Source of the DNA: an uncultured delta proteobacterium
GTDB taxonomy: Bacteria; Desulfobacterota; Binatia; UBA9968
Length of the DNA stretch: 64,000 nt
Assembly: GCA_963737905.1 (NCBI GenBank)
Contig: CAVTUQ010000027.1
Location: forward strand, 1 to 64,000
Direction: 5' to 3'
Part shown: piece by piece, positions 1 through 10,307 of the stretch
Numbering within the stretch: the stretch's first letter is position 1
Layout: the number at the start of each line of letters is the position of its first letter
Notes under the pieces: generated by a model
The model's database searches: none
The model's input: the letters and a program-made list of their open reading frames with translations, nothing else
Told to the model about the DNA's origin: nothing
Position numbers and translations under genes: made by a program

Positions 1-253
1 GCAAGGCGCCAAAGAGCGGCTCAGAGAATTGATTGGAACATTCCCCAACTCATAATTTACCCTTCATCTCACCGGTCAATGTTCCCGCCGGAAGGCGGGT
101 GGAGACTAAAACTATCCTTTTTCTTTATGATATCCCCGGGCGGTTGCAACCCCCACACTCCCTCCACTCTGATCCAGAGAAATAGCGGTTTCGTTTTATC
201 GAGTTGCTTAGCCCACAAGGGTATGCGAAGCTTGGTTACATTGGAGACATGCG

Positions 254-508
254 ATGAGAGCACGTAAACGCAAAGAACTCGGACAATACATTGTCACTGA
301 CCCCGAAATCTGTGGCGGGCAGTTGACATTCAAGGGCACGCGCATCTTTGTCAAAGATGTCCTTGCGATGCTCGCTAAAGGCTATGATTGGAAACGCATC
401 TCCTCTGAATTCGATGGCCGCCTGAGTCACGAGGCCATCGCCGAAGCGATCGCCCTGGCTTCCAACGCTTTGATTGAAAAGACCGAGAAGCGACGGCACG
501 CGGCGTGA
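254..508 (+). CDS. DUF433 family antitoxin-like protein
   Basis: IVTDPEICGGQLTFKGTRIFVKDVL is the typical DUF433 motif. Confidence 0.85.
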   Translation: MRARKRKELGQYIVTDPEICGGQLTFKGTRIFVKDVLAMLAKGYDWKRISSEFDGRLSHEAIAEAIALASNALIEKTEKRRHAA

Positions 509-826
509 ATGTCCTTGATGAGAACATCGTCGCTACGCAACGCCAACTGCTCCGATCGTGGAAAATCCATTTTCGAAGTATTGGCCGAGAGGTCGGACGA
601 GTAGGGATGAAAGATCGCGGTGAGATTATTCCGCTCTTGCATACTTTGCGCCGACCAACTTTCTTCACCCGCGATCACGATTTCTACAAGGCTGATCTCG
701 CCACCCGGATACTGCCTGGTGTTTCTTGATGTCGCCTTTGACGAGGCTGAGTTTATCCGCCGTTTCTTCCACCTGCTTTTCCCCGCAGGCACAACATTAT
801 ATTGTCCCCTTCATCACACGGCGTGA
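505..826 (+). pseudogene. PIN-like toxin partner of DUF433 (DUF5615/VapC45-like), frameshifted
   Basis: N-terminal LDEN, FFTRDHDF motif, GTGA overlap with DUF433; continues in another frame near 700 (PGYCLVFLDV). Confidence 0.6.
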
Positions 827-917
827 TCAGCCGCGCTTCAAAAAAGAGGCTCTCTGGTGAAAAAGGGACATTCTCTTTTCTCCGTAAATTATTGTTCTCA
901 AAAGGCGTGCTTTGCGT

Positions 918-1043
918 CCCTTCGACTTTGCTCAGGGCATGCTTGGCGTGATGAGTTTATTTTTCTCTCCCCCTCTGCACGAACGGGGTGGCGTAATCGG
1001 TAATTCAACTATTTAGGCTTTCGTCCTGAGCCTGGTCGAAGGG
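918..1043. repeat. Inverted pair of REP-like elements
   Basis: cccttcgactttgctcagggc (918) and gtcctgagcctggtcgaaggg (1023); related copies at about 14546, 15643 and 22531-22620. Confidence 0.6.
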
Positions 1044-1622
1044 CGGACGGGGGTTTTTTCTCACGACCCGCGCTTCCGCAATGGTTCGACCCTCACCATT
1101 ATTCTTTTCAAAATGGTTCAATATTAGACAGCAATCCCTGCGCAGTCAGGGCATCGTTAGTCGGAGATCCGGCGCGCTGTCCAGTAAAGAGAAGGTGTAT
1201 CTGTTTTGCTACTCCCTGTGACTAATTAGATTCACCTTTCCTTCGTCATCGCGCTCACCAAGCTTTGAATGGCTGGGATTCCTCTATGAATTCAAAGTTA
1301 TTGATTTGCGAAATGAAGTACGGGTCGTGGCATCGTTCGTGCTCGTATAGTGGAGAACCGATAACCAGAAACTATTAAGCTTCGGAGGTGTGATCTTAGC
1401 ACGGCCACCGAGAGAGCCGATGCGTAGGCATCGGCACGTGGCCGCACATTAGAAACATTTGAATCCCTTCCGGCCGACTCTGCTCTGGCTGCAACTCTCA
1501 CACATTTTTTGGGGCCCGACTGGTTCTCACCGGTCGGGTCTTTGTGTTTTTGGGGATCGGAAAGTGGTGAACAATTCGACCAAACTGGTAGGCCGCGGGA
1601 CTGAATAACAGAGGAGGTTATC

Positions 1623-2546
1623 GTGAAACCGACTGGACTGTTTTTGTATATAATTCGCATCGTATTGTTGGCTCCATTAATGATTGCCGTGCTCCTCAGT
1701 CAGGACACAATCGCTGCGACACCAGAGAGCACCAGCTTGGCAGAGCTCGAGGCAAAGATGTTCTCAAAGAACGCCGAGTATGAGCGTTTCATGGGGCGGT
1801 GGAGTCGCCTCTTGGCGCCGGCGCACATCGCGTTTGCCGGTGTCAAGGATGGTGATCGCATCCTTGACGTCGGCGCCGGGACCGGAGCGCTCGCGTCGAC
1901 GCTAGAGGCAACCATGAGGTCGAGTGAGATCGTCGGCATCGACCCGTCCGAAGGCTTTCTCATCTACGCGAGGAAAAACGCAAAGTCTGATCGCCTGCGT
2001 TTCGAGGTCGGCGATGCCCAAGCGCTGCGGTACCAAGATGCATCGTTTGACAAGACGATGGCCCAGCTCGTCATGAATTTCATCCCAGATCATGACCAGG
2101 CCATCCGTGAGATGCGCCGTGTGACCCGTCCCGAGGGCGTCGTCAGCGCCTGCGTATGGGACTACAACGCTGGCATGGAGATGCTCAGATTTTTTTGGGA
2201 CGAGGTAGTCGTGCTGGATCCAGCGATGGCGCCCAAGGATGAGCGCAACATGAAGCTTTCCCGCGAAGGGCAACTCGGTGAGCTTTGGAAGAAAACGGGG
2301 CTAGTTAATGTCCAGGAAAAGCCTCTAGTGATCGACGAAGCGTTCGCGTCGTTTGACGACTATTGGGGGCCGTTTCTAAAGGGAGCCGGCCCGGGCGGTG
2401 CATATGTCGTGTCACTCACCGACGACCGCCGGAGCCAGCTCGAGGCGCGCATGCGAAAGCGCCTGCTCGGGAGCCGTGAAGACGGCGCATTTATCCTTAA
2501 AGCGCGAGCCTGGTGCGTGCGGGGGGAAGTTCCCAAAGCCCGTTAA
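1623..2546 (+). CDS. Class I SAM-dependent methyltransferase
   Basis: ILDVGAGTG motif I, YERFMGRWS; gaggagg RBS before the GTG. Confidence 0.9.
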   Translation: MKPTGLFLYIIRIVLLAPLMIAVLLSQDTIAATPESTSLAELEAKMFSKNAEYERFMGRWSRLLAPAHIAFAGVKDGDRILDVGAGTGALASTLEATMRSSEIVGIDPSEGFLIYARKNAKSDRLRFEVGDAQALRYQDASFDKTMAQLVMNFIPDHDQAIREMRRVTRPEGVVSACVWDYNAGMEMLRFFWDEVVVLDPAMAPKDERNMKLSREGQLGELWKKTGLVNVQEKPLVIDEAFASFDDYWGPFLKGAGPGGAYVVSLTDDRRSQLEARMRKRLLGSREDGAFILKARAWCVRGEVPKAR

Positions 2547-2551
2547 AGTCA

Positions 2552-2623
2552 GAAACAGCCAAGCAGATCGGCCTGACGATTCCGCCGGAGGTGCTGGCGC
2601 GGGCGGACAGGGTCATCCGATGA
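2552..2623 (+). pseudogene. Orphan 3' tail of an ABC_sub_bind SBP gene
   Basis: Translates as ETAKQIGLTIPPEVLARADRVIR* with no upstream gene body. Confidence 0.85.
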
Positions 2624-2723
2624 CAGAGAATCAGAGAGTCAGAAGTCAACGGAGATCAGGAAACAATCTGATAGTCGCTGCACCTGCGCTTGGCCGTGCA
2701 TTTGGCTCTTCGCTCTATGCTCC

Positions 2724-3662
2724 ATGCTCCTTGCTCCGTGCTCTACAGTCGACGCGCAGCAGACGGGGAAAATCTTCCGCATCGGTTTCCTGGATACAAG
2801 CAATGCTTCCGGTATGGCGGTGCTCGTGGACGCTTTCCGGCAAGAGCTGGGCAAGCTTGGATGGATTGAGGGGAAGAATATCACTTTCGAGTACCGGTTC
2901 AGCGAGCAAAACTCTGAGCGCCTGCCTGAGCTTGCGGCGGATCTGGTTCGCCTTAAGGTTGACCTGATTGTGGTCACAGGTGGACCGGTGCCATTAACGG
3001 CAAAGAAAGCGACTAGCACAATTCCCATCGTGATGGCGAGCGGCAGCGACCCCGTGGGTGCAGGTTTGGTTGCTAGTCTGGCGCGACCGGGAGGCAATGT
3101 CACCGGGCTCACGAGTTTGAATCAAGAACTAATTACCAAAAGGCTAGAGGTGCTCAAGGACGCCGTACCTAAGCTCGGCCGAGTTGGACTTTTGCGGCCG
3201 TCGACGAGTAGCCAATTGAAAGAGATCAGGCGTGCGGCGCTGGCACTAAAGCTAACCTTGGAAGAAATCGATACTCAACCCGACCCCAAAGGCTTAGAGC
3301 GTGCCTTTCAAACCGCAAAGCAGAAACAGGTGGGCGCGATTATGACGGCGACGACTCGTCCGTTTTTCGCCGAAAGAAAGCGGATCGTGGAGCTTGCTGG
3401 CAAATACCGGTTGCCGGCTATTTATCCAGAGAAGGGGTTTGTCGATGAGGGCGGCCTCATGTCTTATGGTGCGGACTTCGATGACCTCTATCGGCGCGCC
3501 GCTACATACGTGGACAAGATCTTGAAAGGTGCCAAACCGGCTGATTTGCCGGTGCAGCAGGCAACGAAGTTTGAATTCGTGATCAACTTGAAGGCAGCAA
3601 AACAGATCGGTCTGACGATTCCGCCTAACGTGCTGGCGCGAGCGAACAAGGTGATCCGATGA
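2724..3662 (+). CDS. ABC_sub_bind family SBP, array copy 1 (subfamily A)
   Basis: SLARPGGNVTG, GGLMSYG and KILKGAKPADLPV motifs; true start probably ATG 2620 with indels in the leader. Confidence 0.9.
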   Translation: MLLAPCSTVDAQQTGKIFRIGFLDTSNASGMAVLVDAFRQELGKLGWIEGKNITFEYRFSEQNSERLPELAADLVRLKVDLIVVTGGPVPLTAKKATSTIPIVMASGSDPVGAGLVASLARPGGNVTGLTSLNQELITKRLEVLKDAVPKLGRVGLLRPSTSSQLKEIRRAALALKLTLEEIDTQPDPKGLERAFQTAKQKQVGAIMTATTRPFFAERKRIVELAGKYRLPAIYPEKGFVDEGGLMSYGADFDDLYRRAATYVDKILKGAKPADLPVQQATKFEFVINLKAAKQIGLTIPPNVLARANKVIR

Positions 3663-4690
3663 CAAAAATCAGAGGTCAGAAGTCAGAGATCAGCAAAGCC
3701 ACTGCGCTTGGTGCCATGGTCTTCGCTCTATGCTCCCTGCTCCTTGCTCCGTGCTCTTCAGTTCAGGGGCAGCAGCCAGCGAAAGTCCCCCGCATAGGTT
3801 TTCTGGATGGAAGCACTGCTTCCGGCATGGCAGTCCTCATCGATGCATTCCGGCAGGACATGAGCAAGCTTGGATGGATTGAGGGAAAGAATATCACCAT
3901 CGAGTACCGGTTTGGCGAGCAAAAGTCGGAACGCCTGCCGGAGCTTGCAGCGGACTTGGTTCGTCTCAAGGTCGACCTAATTGTGGTCGCAGCGACGCCG
4001 CCAGCGTTGGCGGCGAAGAAAGCGACTACTACTATACCGATTGTGATGGCGAACGCTGGGGACCCTGTGGCTGCAGGATTAGTTGCCAGTCTGGCACGGC
4101 CGGGAGGCAATATCACCGGGCTCTCCGGCTTATCGACCCAATTAAATACTAAAAGGCTAGAGATCCTCAAGGACGCAGTGCCGAAGCTCACCCGAGTTGG
4201 GCTCCTGCGGCCGAAGGGAGATAGCATCGCAAACGAGCTGCAACTAAAAGAACTCGTCGCTGCGGCTGTGGCATTGAAGCTGAAATTGGAGGAGATCGAG
4301 ACTCAACCCGACGCCAAAGGTTTAGAGAGCGCCTTTCAAACCGCAAAGCAGAAAGAGATGGGCGGGATGATGACGACTACTACGCGGCCTTATTTCGCCG
4401 AACGAAAGCGGATCGTTGAGCTTGCCGGCAAATACCGGTTGCCTGCTATTTACTTCCAGAAGGAGTTTGTAGATGAGGGCGGTCTCATGTTTTACGGGGC
4501 AGACTTCGATGATCTCTTTCGGCGCGCGGCTGTTTACGTCGACAAGATCTTGAAAGGCGCCAAGCCGGCCGATTTGCCGGTCCAGCAGGCGACAAAGTTT
4601 GAGTTTGTGATCAACTTGAAGGCAGCGAAACAGATTGATTTGACAATTCCACCTGAGGTGCTCGCGCGGGCGAATAAAGTGATTCGGTGA
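3659..4690 (+). CDS. ABC_sub_bind family SBP, copy 2 (subfamily A)
   Basis: Same motifs, signal peptide, ATGA overlap with copy 1. Confidence 0.92.
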   Translation: MTKIRGQKSEISKATALGAMVFALCSLLLAPCSSVQGQQPAKVPRIGFLDGSTASGMAVLIDAFRQDMSKLGWIEGKNITIEYRFGEQKSERLPELAADLVRLKVDLIVVAATPPALAAKKATTTIPIVMANAGDPVAAGLVASLARPGGNITGLSGLSTQLNTKRLEILKDAVPKLTRVGLLRPKGDSIANELQLKELVAAAVALKLKLEEIETQPDAKGLESAFQTAKQKEMGGMMTTTTRPYFAERKRIVELAGKYRLPAIYFQKEFVDEGGLMFYGADFDDLFRRAAVYVDKILKGAKPADLPVQQATKFEFVINLKAAKQIDLTIPPEVLARANKVIR

Positions 4691-4779
4691 GGGATGAAGG
4701 GTAAGGGGTAAGGCGATAGGAAAAGACTATGGATCTGCGATTTTGGACAAGGGCAAATGAGAACTGACGAAACGATTAG

Positions 4780-5232
4780 TTATCGCTTTGCTTGGCGTGC
4801 GAGCCGGAGGAGAAACTGCCTCACAGAAACGACTCGGACTCGATTCCGCCGCGCCATTTTGATCAAATCGAGGTCGCGTTTAAGATCATCGTCTCTGGTA
4901 ACCAAGTATTGCGCTTTGCCGCCAATCGCGGCTTCGACGATCTGGTCGTCATCGGGATCGCGGCATATTTGGAGTTCGCCCGATGTCCGCACGACTGTCG
5001 CCCGAGCCGCGATCAATCGAACAAATGCCTCTGCGTCCCGCTGGGGATACCTGAACCGTCGGACCAGTCGCGGTCTGCTGAGAACTTCTGCGATTTCGCT
5101 GAGCTGTGAGAGCGACGTGACAATACTGAACTCATCATCCGCCCAGGCGGCAACGACTTGTCCAGGAGGTCCATTCGGCTTGAGGAAGGCGGAAACCCAG
5201 ACGTTGGTGTCAAGCAGAGCGGCGAGCGGCAC
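4780..5232 (-). CDS. PIN-domain toxin (TIGR00305-like)
   Basis: LLDTNVWVSA, CRDPDDD and LVTRDDDL motifs. Confidence 0.9.
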   Translation of the reverse strand: MPLAALLDTNVWVSAFLKPNGPPGQVVAAWADDEFSIVTSLSQLSEIAEVLSRPRLVRRFRYPQRDAEAFVRLIAARATVVRTSGELQICRDPDDDQIVEAAIGGKAQYLVTRDDDLKRDLDLIKMARRNRVRVVSVRQFLLRLARQAKR

Positions 5233-5488
5233 GGCGTTTGGCCTTGACCTCCGCTCTCGCTCGAGTCACTTCCGCTTCAATAGCGTTTTGCGGTGTCGCT
5301 TTAGTACGAGCTTTCATTCTCCCCAACACGCGGTCAAACTCGTTTCGCCACCGGCGCTCGGGGTAAAGCGTGATCAGGACGCGGGACTGCTCCTTCAGCC
5401 GAAGAGGTCGGAGCGGTTTCAGCACACCTTTCTCATACACGGCTCTAACCGTCTCTTCGACAGGATGAATTTTTTTTGGCAACGCCAT
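5210..5488 (-). CDS. DUF104/AF2212-like antitoxin
   Basis: VRAVYEKGVLKPLRPL motif; overlaps the toxin start; ATG at 5488. Confidence 0.8.
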   Translation of the reverse strand: MALPKKIHPVEETVRAVYEKGVLKPLRPLRLKEQSRVLITLYPERRWRNEFDRVLGRMKARTKATPQNAIEAEVTRARAEVKAKRRAARRSA

Positions 5489-5546
5489 AAAGCGGATTAT
5501 ACCGGCCCGTCCTAGCTCCGGCAAGCGGAGACGATGGTCAGAGTTC

Positions 5547-5579
5547 GTGCTGGCGCGGATGGGCAAAGTGATCAAGTGA
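5547..5579 (+). repeat. Orphan SBP 3' tail after the TA cargo
   Basis: gtgctggcgcggatgggcaaagtgatcaagtga = VLARMGKVIK*. Confidence 0.75.
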
Positions 5580-5582
5580 ATC

Positions 5583-5705
5583 GATTTTAGATTTTTCGAT
5601 TGCCGATTTTAGATTGGGGAGTCAGGAGAAAAACAGGAAGAAAAAAGTTGGGATGCGGGTCTTTGTCCGGGAATAATCCAAAATCTAAAATCCAAAATCG
5701 AAAAT
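5583..5705. repeat. Heptamer inverted-repeat leader, type L1
   Basis: gattttagatttttcgattgccgattttagatt ... aatccaaaatctaaaatccaaaatcgaaaat. Confidence 0.85.
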
Positions 5706-6679
5706 GGGGTGGGTTTGTCGCCATCGTTGTCACATTCGCAATATGCGGGGCGGAGGTGCTGGCGCAGCAGCCGAACGAAAGTCCCCCGGATAGGATATCT
5801 ACAGGTTACCCCTTCCTCAGCTAGTCACGGCCCGTACCGAGGCTTTCCGGCAGGGTCTGCGCGAGCTTGGTTACATGGAGGGGAAAAACATTGTCATTGA
5901 GTAGCGATATGCGGAGGGAAAGACTGATCGACTCCCGCGCTTGCGGCCGAGCTAGTGCGTCTCAAGGTAGAAGTCATCGTCACGAGCGGTCCGACAGTAA
6001 CCCGTGCTGCCAAGGAAGCAACTGTTACGGTTCCCATCGTCATGGCGTTCGATAATGATCCTGTTGGCAACGGGTTCGTCGTTAGCCTTGCGCGACCTGG
6101 CGGGAACATCACTGGCTTGTCCACACTTGCCCCGGAGATAAGCGGAAAACAAGTGGAGCTTCTGAAAGAGATCGTTCCCAAGCTCTCCCGCGTGGCCGTT
6201 CTCGGGACTTCAACGAACCCGGGCAACGCACAAGCGTTAAAAGAGATCGAACTCGCCGCCGGGGCGTTCAGGGTGCAGCTTCAGCACCTAGACGTACAAG
6301 GTGGGAAGGATATTGAGACGGCATTCCGAGCCGCGAGCAAGGGGCGTGCTGATGCAGTCCTGGTGCTGGCGGGCCCCGTCCTCGTTCTAACCGAAAACAA
6401 GTCATAGACCTCGCGGTAAAGAACCGGCTCCCTGCGATGTACTACAGGAGAGAATTTGTGGAAGACGGCGGGCTAATGAGCTACGGGGTGAACTTTGCGG
6501 ACTTGGACCGGCGCGCAGCCACGTATGTCGACAAAATCCTGAAAGGCGCCAAGCCTGCCGATCTGCCGGTAGAGCAGCCGACGAAGTTCGAGTTCATCAT
6601 CAATCTGAAAGCGGCCAAGCAAATCGGCCTGACGATTCCGCCGAATGTGCTGGTGCGGGCGGATCGGGTGATCAAGTGA
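5620..6679 (+). pseudogene. ABC_sub_bind SBP copy 3 (subfamily B), several frameshifts
   Basis: ORF pieces 5709, 5955 and 6437 are collinear with copy 13 (19874); start approximate. Confidence 0.8.
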
Positions 6680-6732
6680 CTGCGGTCGGCAGTCAGCGAT
6701 CAGTTGTCAGCAAAAACATCGGTGACAAATTC

Positions 6733-7718
6733 GTGACGAAAAATCCATTCTCTTCTGGTTACTGGCAACTGCCCTTCTAATTTCTGCTCCCGCCGCCGAA
6801 GCGCAGCAGGCGGCGAGAATTTCCCGGATAGGACTTCTGATCAACATCCCCGCGTCTGTCCAATCGACCCAGGTCGAAGCATTTCGCCGACGGCTGCGCG
6901 AGCTTGGCTATGTCGAAGGGAAAAACATTTTCATTGAGTACCGATATGCAGAAGGGAAACTCGAACGACTGCCTGACCTTGCAGCCGAGCTTGTCCGTCT
7001 GAAAGTTGACGTCATCGTCGCCTCCGCCCCTCGGGCTGTTTTCGCTGCTAAGAAAGCGAGCGCGACAATTCCCATCGTGTTCGCTGTTGCGACCGATCCA
7101 GTAGGACTTGGGCTTGTCTCCAGCCTGGCGCGTCCAGGCGGGAATATCACCGGACTTAGCCTCATGGCGCCGGATCTAGATGGCAAACGATTGGAATTGC
7201 TCAAGGAAGCTTTCCCCAAGGTTGCCCGGGTGGCCTTCCTCTGGTTCCCGGGTGCGCCGACGGGAAACCTAGTCCTCACAGAAATGGAAGCGGTGGCCAA
7301 GGCCTTAGGAGTCAAACTTCAATCGCTTGAGGTGCGAAGCCTTGACGATTTCGAGAGCGCATTCGCACGAGCGAAAAGGGAAGGCGCCCAGGCACTCATT
7401 ACGACCCCACATTCACTTATCACTAGTCAGCAACGCCAAGTGTTGGAGTTCGCGGCAAAGAACCGGTTGCCGGCGATGTACCACGCCCCTGAGTTTGTTG
7501 AGGCCGGCGGCTTGATGAGCTACGGGCCGAGCTTTACGGACTCATGGCGGCGCGCCGCCGACTTTGTCGACAAGATCTTGAAAGGCGCCAAGCCTTCCGA
7601 TCTTCCCGTGGAGCAGCCGAAGAAGTTCGAGTTCGTGATCAACCTCAAAGCGGCGAAGCAGATCGGCCTGACGATTCCGCCGAATGTACTGGCGCGGGCA
7701 GATCGGGTCATAAGATGA
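6733..7718 (+). pseudogene. ABC_sub_bind SBP copy 4, with a 1-nt indel in an A-run just after the start
   Basis: The 7077 frame stays open back through the signal peptide (KSILFWLLATALL); GTG 6733 is one base out of frame at aaaaa 6739-6743; likely a sequencing error. Confidence 0.8.
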
Positions 7719-7764
7719 CATTTTAGATTTTCGATTGCCGATTTTCGATTACGAAAGGAAATAC

Positions 7765-8163
7765 ATGGATGAAAACTTGTTTAAGCGACGGACGAAGCAG
7801 CTAGCACTGCGTGTTATCAAAGCTGTCGAAGTTCTGCCCAAGAACCGGACTGCGGATGTAATAGGTAGGCAGTTGATCCGATCTGGCACTTCGATCGGCG
7901 CTAACTATCGAGCAGCATGTCGCGGCAAGTCCACCGCGGATGTCATTGCCAAGCTTCGTATAGTTGAAGAAGAGGCAGATGAATCAGCTTACTGGATGGA
8001 ACTATTAATTGAATCGGGTCTCGTATCTGAGGCCCGGCTGTCGGAGTTGATGCAGGAAACCAACGAGATCGTCGCAATGACGGTGGCATCGATAAGGACT
8101 CTTCAGAAACGTAACGGAAATCCTCCGATCAATCGGCAATCTAAAATCGAAAATCTAAAATAG
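7765..8163 (+). CDS. Four helix bundle protein (TIGR02436 / 23S rRNA IVP family)
   Basis: GRQLIRSGTSIGANYRAA and EEEADESAYWMELL motifs; aaagga RBS before ATG 7765. Confidence 0.92.
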   Translation: MDENLFKRRTKQLALRVIKAVEVLPKNRTADVIGRQLIRSGTSIGANYRAACRGKSTADVIAKLRIVEEEADESAYWMELLIESGLVSEARLSELMQETNEIVAMTVASIRTLQKRNGNPPINRQSKIENLK

Positions 8164-8170
8164 GCGGGGT

Positions 8171-9158
8171 ATGAAACGCTTCGTTGGACTCTTTGCAATC
8201 TTTGTGACTCTGGCCCCTTGTGGGGCGGTGGCCGTGGCGCAGCCGCCGAAGAAAGTCCATCGAATAGGGTATCTATCGTCGGCCGATGCAGCTCGTGACT
8301 CCGCCCGTGCGGAGGCAATTAGGCTGGCTCTGCGCGAGCTTGGTTACATAGAAGGACAGAACATCGCCAGCGAGTACCGATATGCGGAGGGGAAGCGCGA
8401 TCGGGACCCTGAGCTTGCCGCCGAGCTGGTGCGTCTCAAGGTTGATATCATCGTGGTAGGAGGAGGGGACACGCCGGTCCGGGCGGCCAAGAATGCGACT
8501 AAGACGATTCCCATCGTTATGGTGGGTGCTGGGCTCGATCCTGTCAAGGCCGGACTGGTTGAAAGCCTTGCCCGTCCCGGCGGCAACGTCACCGGCATTA
8601 CTTGCCAGAGAACTAGGCGGGAAGCGGCTGGAGCTGCTCAAAGAAGCGGTTCCCAAACTTGCCCGTGTCGCGGTTTTCTACGATCCGGCCGCTCCGTCCC
8701 CTGTACACGAGGTGAAAGAGGTTCTCCCAGTGGCGGCGCGCGCGCTGGGGTTGACTATTCGGTCTTGGGAGATACGCGGTGCGGACGATTTCGAGAAAGT
8801 GTTCGCTGCGCTCAACAAGCAGCCCCCCGATGGACTCTACGTGACCGGAGGAACCCTGATGAATATTAACCGAAAACGGATCGTCGGCTTTGCGTTAAAG
8901 AGCCGGTTACCGTCGGTGTACGGCGACAGAAGAGCTGTAGAGGCTGGTGGACTCATGTCCTACGGCGCGGACCTAGTGGACAGCTACCGGCGCGTCGCAT
9001 ATTTCGTGGACAGGATCCTGAAGGGAGCCAAGCCTGCGGATCTGCCTGTGGAGCAGCCGACGAAGTTCGAGCTCGTGATCAATCTGAAAACTGCGAAACA
9101 GATCGGCCTGACGATTCCGCCGAATGTGTTGGCGCGGGCGGACAAGGTCACAAAATAG
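8171..9158 (+). pseudogene. ABC_sub_bind SBP copy 5 (subfamily C), frameshift near 8600
   Basis: ORFs 8171 and 8493 join after GGNVTGIT. Confidence 0.85.
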
Positions 9159-9305
9159 CAAGGAGCAGGAGTAAGGGATGGAGCCAGAAAACCACAGAAG
9201 AACAATGAGGAAACAATTCTTTGATATGTCGTTTGCACTCTACGCTTAGCTCGTAACATTTTCCCGCCATGGTCTTCGCTCTATGCTCCATGCTCCTTGC
9301 GCTTT
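9159..9305. repeat. Heptamer inverted-repeat leader, type L2
   Basis: caaggagcaggagtaagggatggagcc ... tcgctctatgctccatgctccttgc; near-identical at 11309 and 20858. Confidence 0.85.
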
Positions 9306-10257
9306 GCAGTTCCGTCGACGCGCAGCAGACAGGGAAAATCTTCCGCATAGGTTTTCTGGATGGAAGCACTGCTTCCGGCATGGCGGTCCTCATCGATGCA
9401 TTCCGGCAGGAGATGGGCAAGCTTGGATGGATTGAGGGAAAGAATATCACAATCGAATATCGATTTGGAGAGAACAAAGGCACTGAGCGCAGACCTGATC
9501 TTGCGGCGGAGTTGGTTCGACTTAAGGTTGATCTGATCGTGGTCACAGCGACGCCGGTGGCATTGGCGGTCAAGAAAGCGACTACTACAATCCCTATCGT
9601 GATGGCGAGCGGTTTGGACCCCGTTGCTGCAGGTCTGGTTGACAGTCTGGCGCGGCCGGGAGGCAATGTCACAGGGTTAACGAGTTTAGCAACCGAGCTT
9701 AACACCAAAAGGCTCGAGATACTCAAGGACGCAGTCCCCAAGCTCAGCCGCGTTGGGCTTCTGCGGCCTGCGGAGACGGGACGCGATAGATCAATAGCAT
9801 TAAACCTCCAACTGAAAGAGCTCAGGGCTGCGGCTCCGGCATTGAAGCTTAAATTGGAGGAGATCGGGACTCAATCCGACCCCAAGGTTTAGAGAGCGCT
9901 TTTCAAACCGCCAACCAGAAGCACGTCGGCGCAATGATGACGATCAGCTCTCCCCGATTTTTCGCCGAAAGAAAACGCATCGTCGCGCTTGCCGGCAAAT
10001 ACCGGTTGCCGGCTATTTACCACCAGAAGGGGTTTGTCGATGAGGGAGGTCTCATGTCCTACGGGGCGGACTACGATGACCAATATCGGCGCGCCGCTGT
10101 TTACGTAGACAAGATCTTGAAAGGCGCCAAACCCGCTGATTTGCCGGTGCAGCAGGCAACGAAGTTTGAATTCGTCATTAACCTTAAAGCGGCAAAACAG
10201 ATTGATTTGACAATTCCACCCGATGTGCTCGCGCGGGCGAACCGTGTGATTAAGTAG
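9269..10257 (+). pseudogene. ABC_sub_bind SBP copy 6 (subfamily A), frameshift near 9884
   Basis: cccaagg here versus cccaaagg in paralogs; ORFs 9269 and 9934. Confidence 0.85.
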
Positions 10258-10307
10258 CAGGGAGCATGGAGCAAAGAGCAGGGAGCTTTAAGAACACGAG
10301 GAAACTC

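Noticed and set aside
830-1620. RNA gene or CDS in the long intergenic region
   Set aside because: No tRNA, riboswitch or credible ORF was recognised; only REP-like repeats.
7765-8163. Diversity-generating retroelement (Avd-like gene near variable paralogs)
   Set aside because: No reverse transcriptase in the window and no TR/VR pair with adenine-only differences seen; the variation includes indels and all bases.
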